DNA from: Octopus vulgaris
Lineage: Eukaryota
Direction: 5' to 3'
Assembly: GCA_951406725.2 (NCBI GenBank)
Contig: OX597831.1
Coordinates: forward strand, 61,504,001-61,568,000
DNA length: 64,000 bases
How positions within the stretch are numbered: the first letter of the stretch is position 1; every line of letters starts with the position of its first letter. Positions 63,137 through 64,000 of the stretch are shown here, in pieces. The notes under the pieces were generated by a model. The model searched no databases and was not told the DNA's origin. It saw nothing but the letters and a program-made list of their open reading frames with translations. Made by a program: the position numbers and the translations under genes.

Positions 63137-63137
<1 letters not shown>
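62866..63137 (-). mobile_element. Family-C SINE, tail type 4
   Basis: Same head; tail GCGCATTGTGACCAGCGATGTGTAGCAACATCTGATAGCC. Confidence 0.88.
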
Positions 63138-63176
<39 letters not shown>

Positions 63177-63214
63177 CATACAAAGATATATATACATAGA
63201 TAGATATAGATAGA

Positions 63215-63375
63215 TATAGTTGAAATCTAGAAATGAACAAAAGACAAAGACAGGTGTATGAACAACAAGCAAGTGTATTAGTCTGACACTCTTATGTTTC
63301 GAGCCTGCACTCTTCAGCAGAACAGAATAGCAGAAAATAAACAGAGAGAGAATGAAAAACATTTGTAGATTTCAG
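63215..63375 (-). mobile_element. PLE pLTR fragment with hammerhead-like motif (63290-63323)
   Basis: CTGCTGA-A-GAGT-GCAG-GCTC-GAAA-CA-TA. Confidence 0.6.
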
Positions 63376-63389
63376 TAGCCCAACATGTC

Positions 63390-63445
<56 letters not shown>

Positions 63446-64000
63446 TGGTCCAGCATGTCTATGTGTGTATATATATATGTAATTGCTCTTGTTACCAAGG
63501 TAACCAAATCAGTGTGTCAGTGGAAACTGAATGATTAGAATTTAGAATAAATATATCTTCTCATCCATTTTTACTGCTCCCTATTCCTGGAGGGTTATGG
63601 GATTAGAATACACTGGCACCACCTCCATAGGGTCCTATCAGAAACCACCATTATTATAACTTTTCTGCTGATCCTCAAGTGCAATTAATTTAGACTATGG
63701 ATATTATCCAGTCATCTCTACGCTAATCTCCCCCCTAGGTTTCCTGGTGGTTTGATTAGCTTGAAGAAATTGGTTTGTGATCCCTTTTCTGCAGCATTCT
63801 TGCTATGTGTCTGTAGTACTAGAGCTGTGGACCTGTCAGAGCAGAAAAGTAGAATAAGCATAGAGAGGAACAATTTCGGGGAACAGCTTTACCTCTGCGG
63901 TCAATAAAAATATTCCGTTCTCTAACCAAAAGTAGTTTTTATGATGTTTGTCTATGAAATGTAAAGTTGCATGTTGAGGAATGTAGTCAGGGAATTCAAA

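Overview
AT-rich, microsatellite-laden eukaryotic DNA, most likely from an Octopus (coleoid cephalopod) genome; this is inferred from its SINE families and (TA)n/(CA)n load. It is intronic or intergenic and almost entirely transposon-derived. Nearly all ORFs in the supplied track are microsatellite or repeat artefacts. The only host-coding candidate is one minus-strand exon encoding a signal peptide (5306-5474). Recognisable elements: three tRNA-headed SINE families, RTE-clade LINE fragments, several decayed Penelope-like elements (PLEs), a full-length dead mariner, a dead hAT (Buster/Charlie) transposase, hAT, piggyBac and Merlin-like MITEs, Helitrons, a solo LTR and a Gypsy-type integrase remnant. 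Most notable findings: (i) two snRNA-retroelement chimeric retrocopies about 10 kb apart (U2 5' part fused to a SINE inside one TSD pair; U6 3' end fused through its oligo-T to an RTE LINE 3' end); (ii) three families of PLE-type hammerhead-ribozyme-like motifs, including a non-canonical position-6 core and a variant with a very long stem II; (iii) an 8-bp-TSD MITE family carrying telomeric TTAGGG repeats; (iv) an RTE insertion with a 5' inversion typical of twin priming. All calls were made by eye; no searches or folding programs were run.
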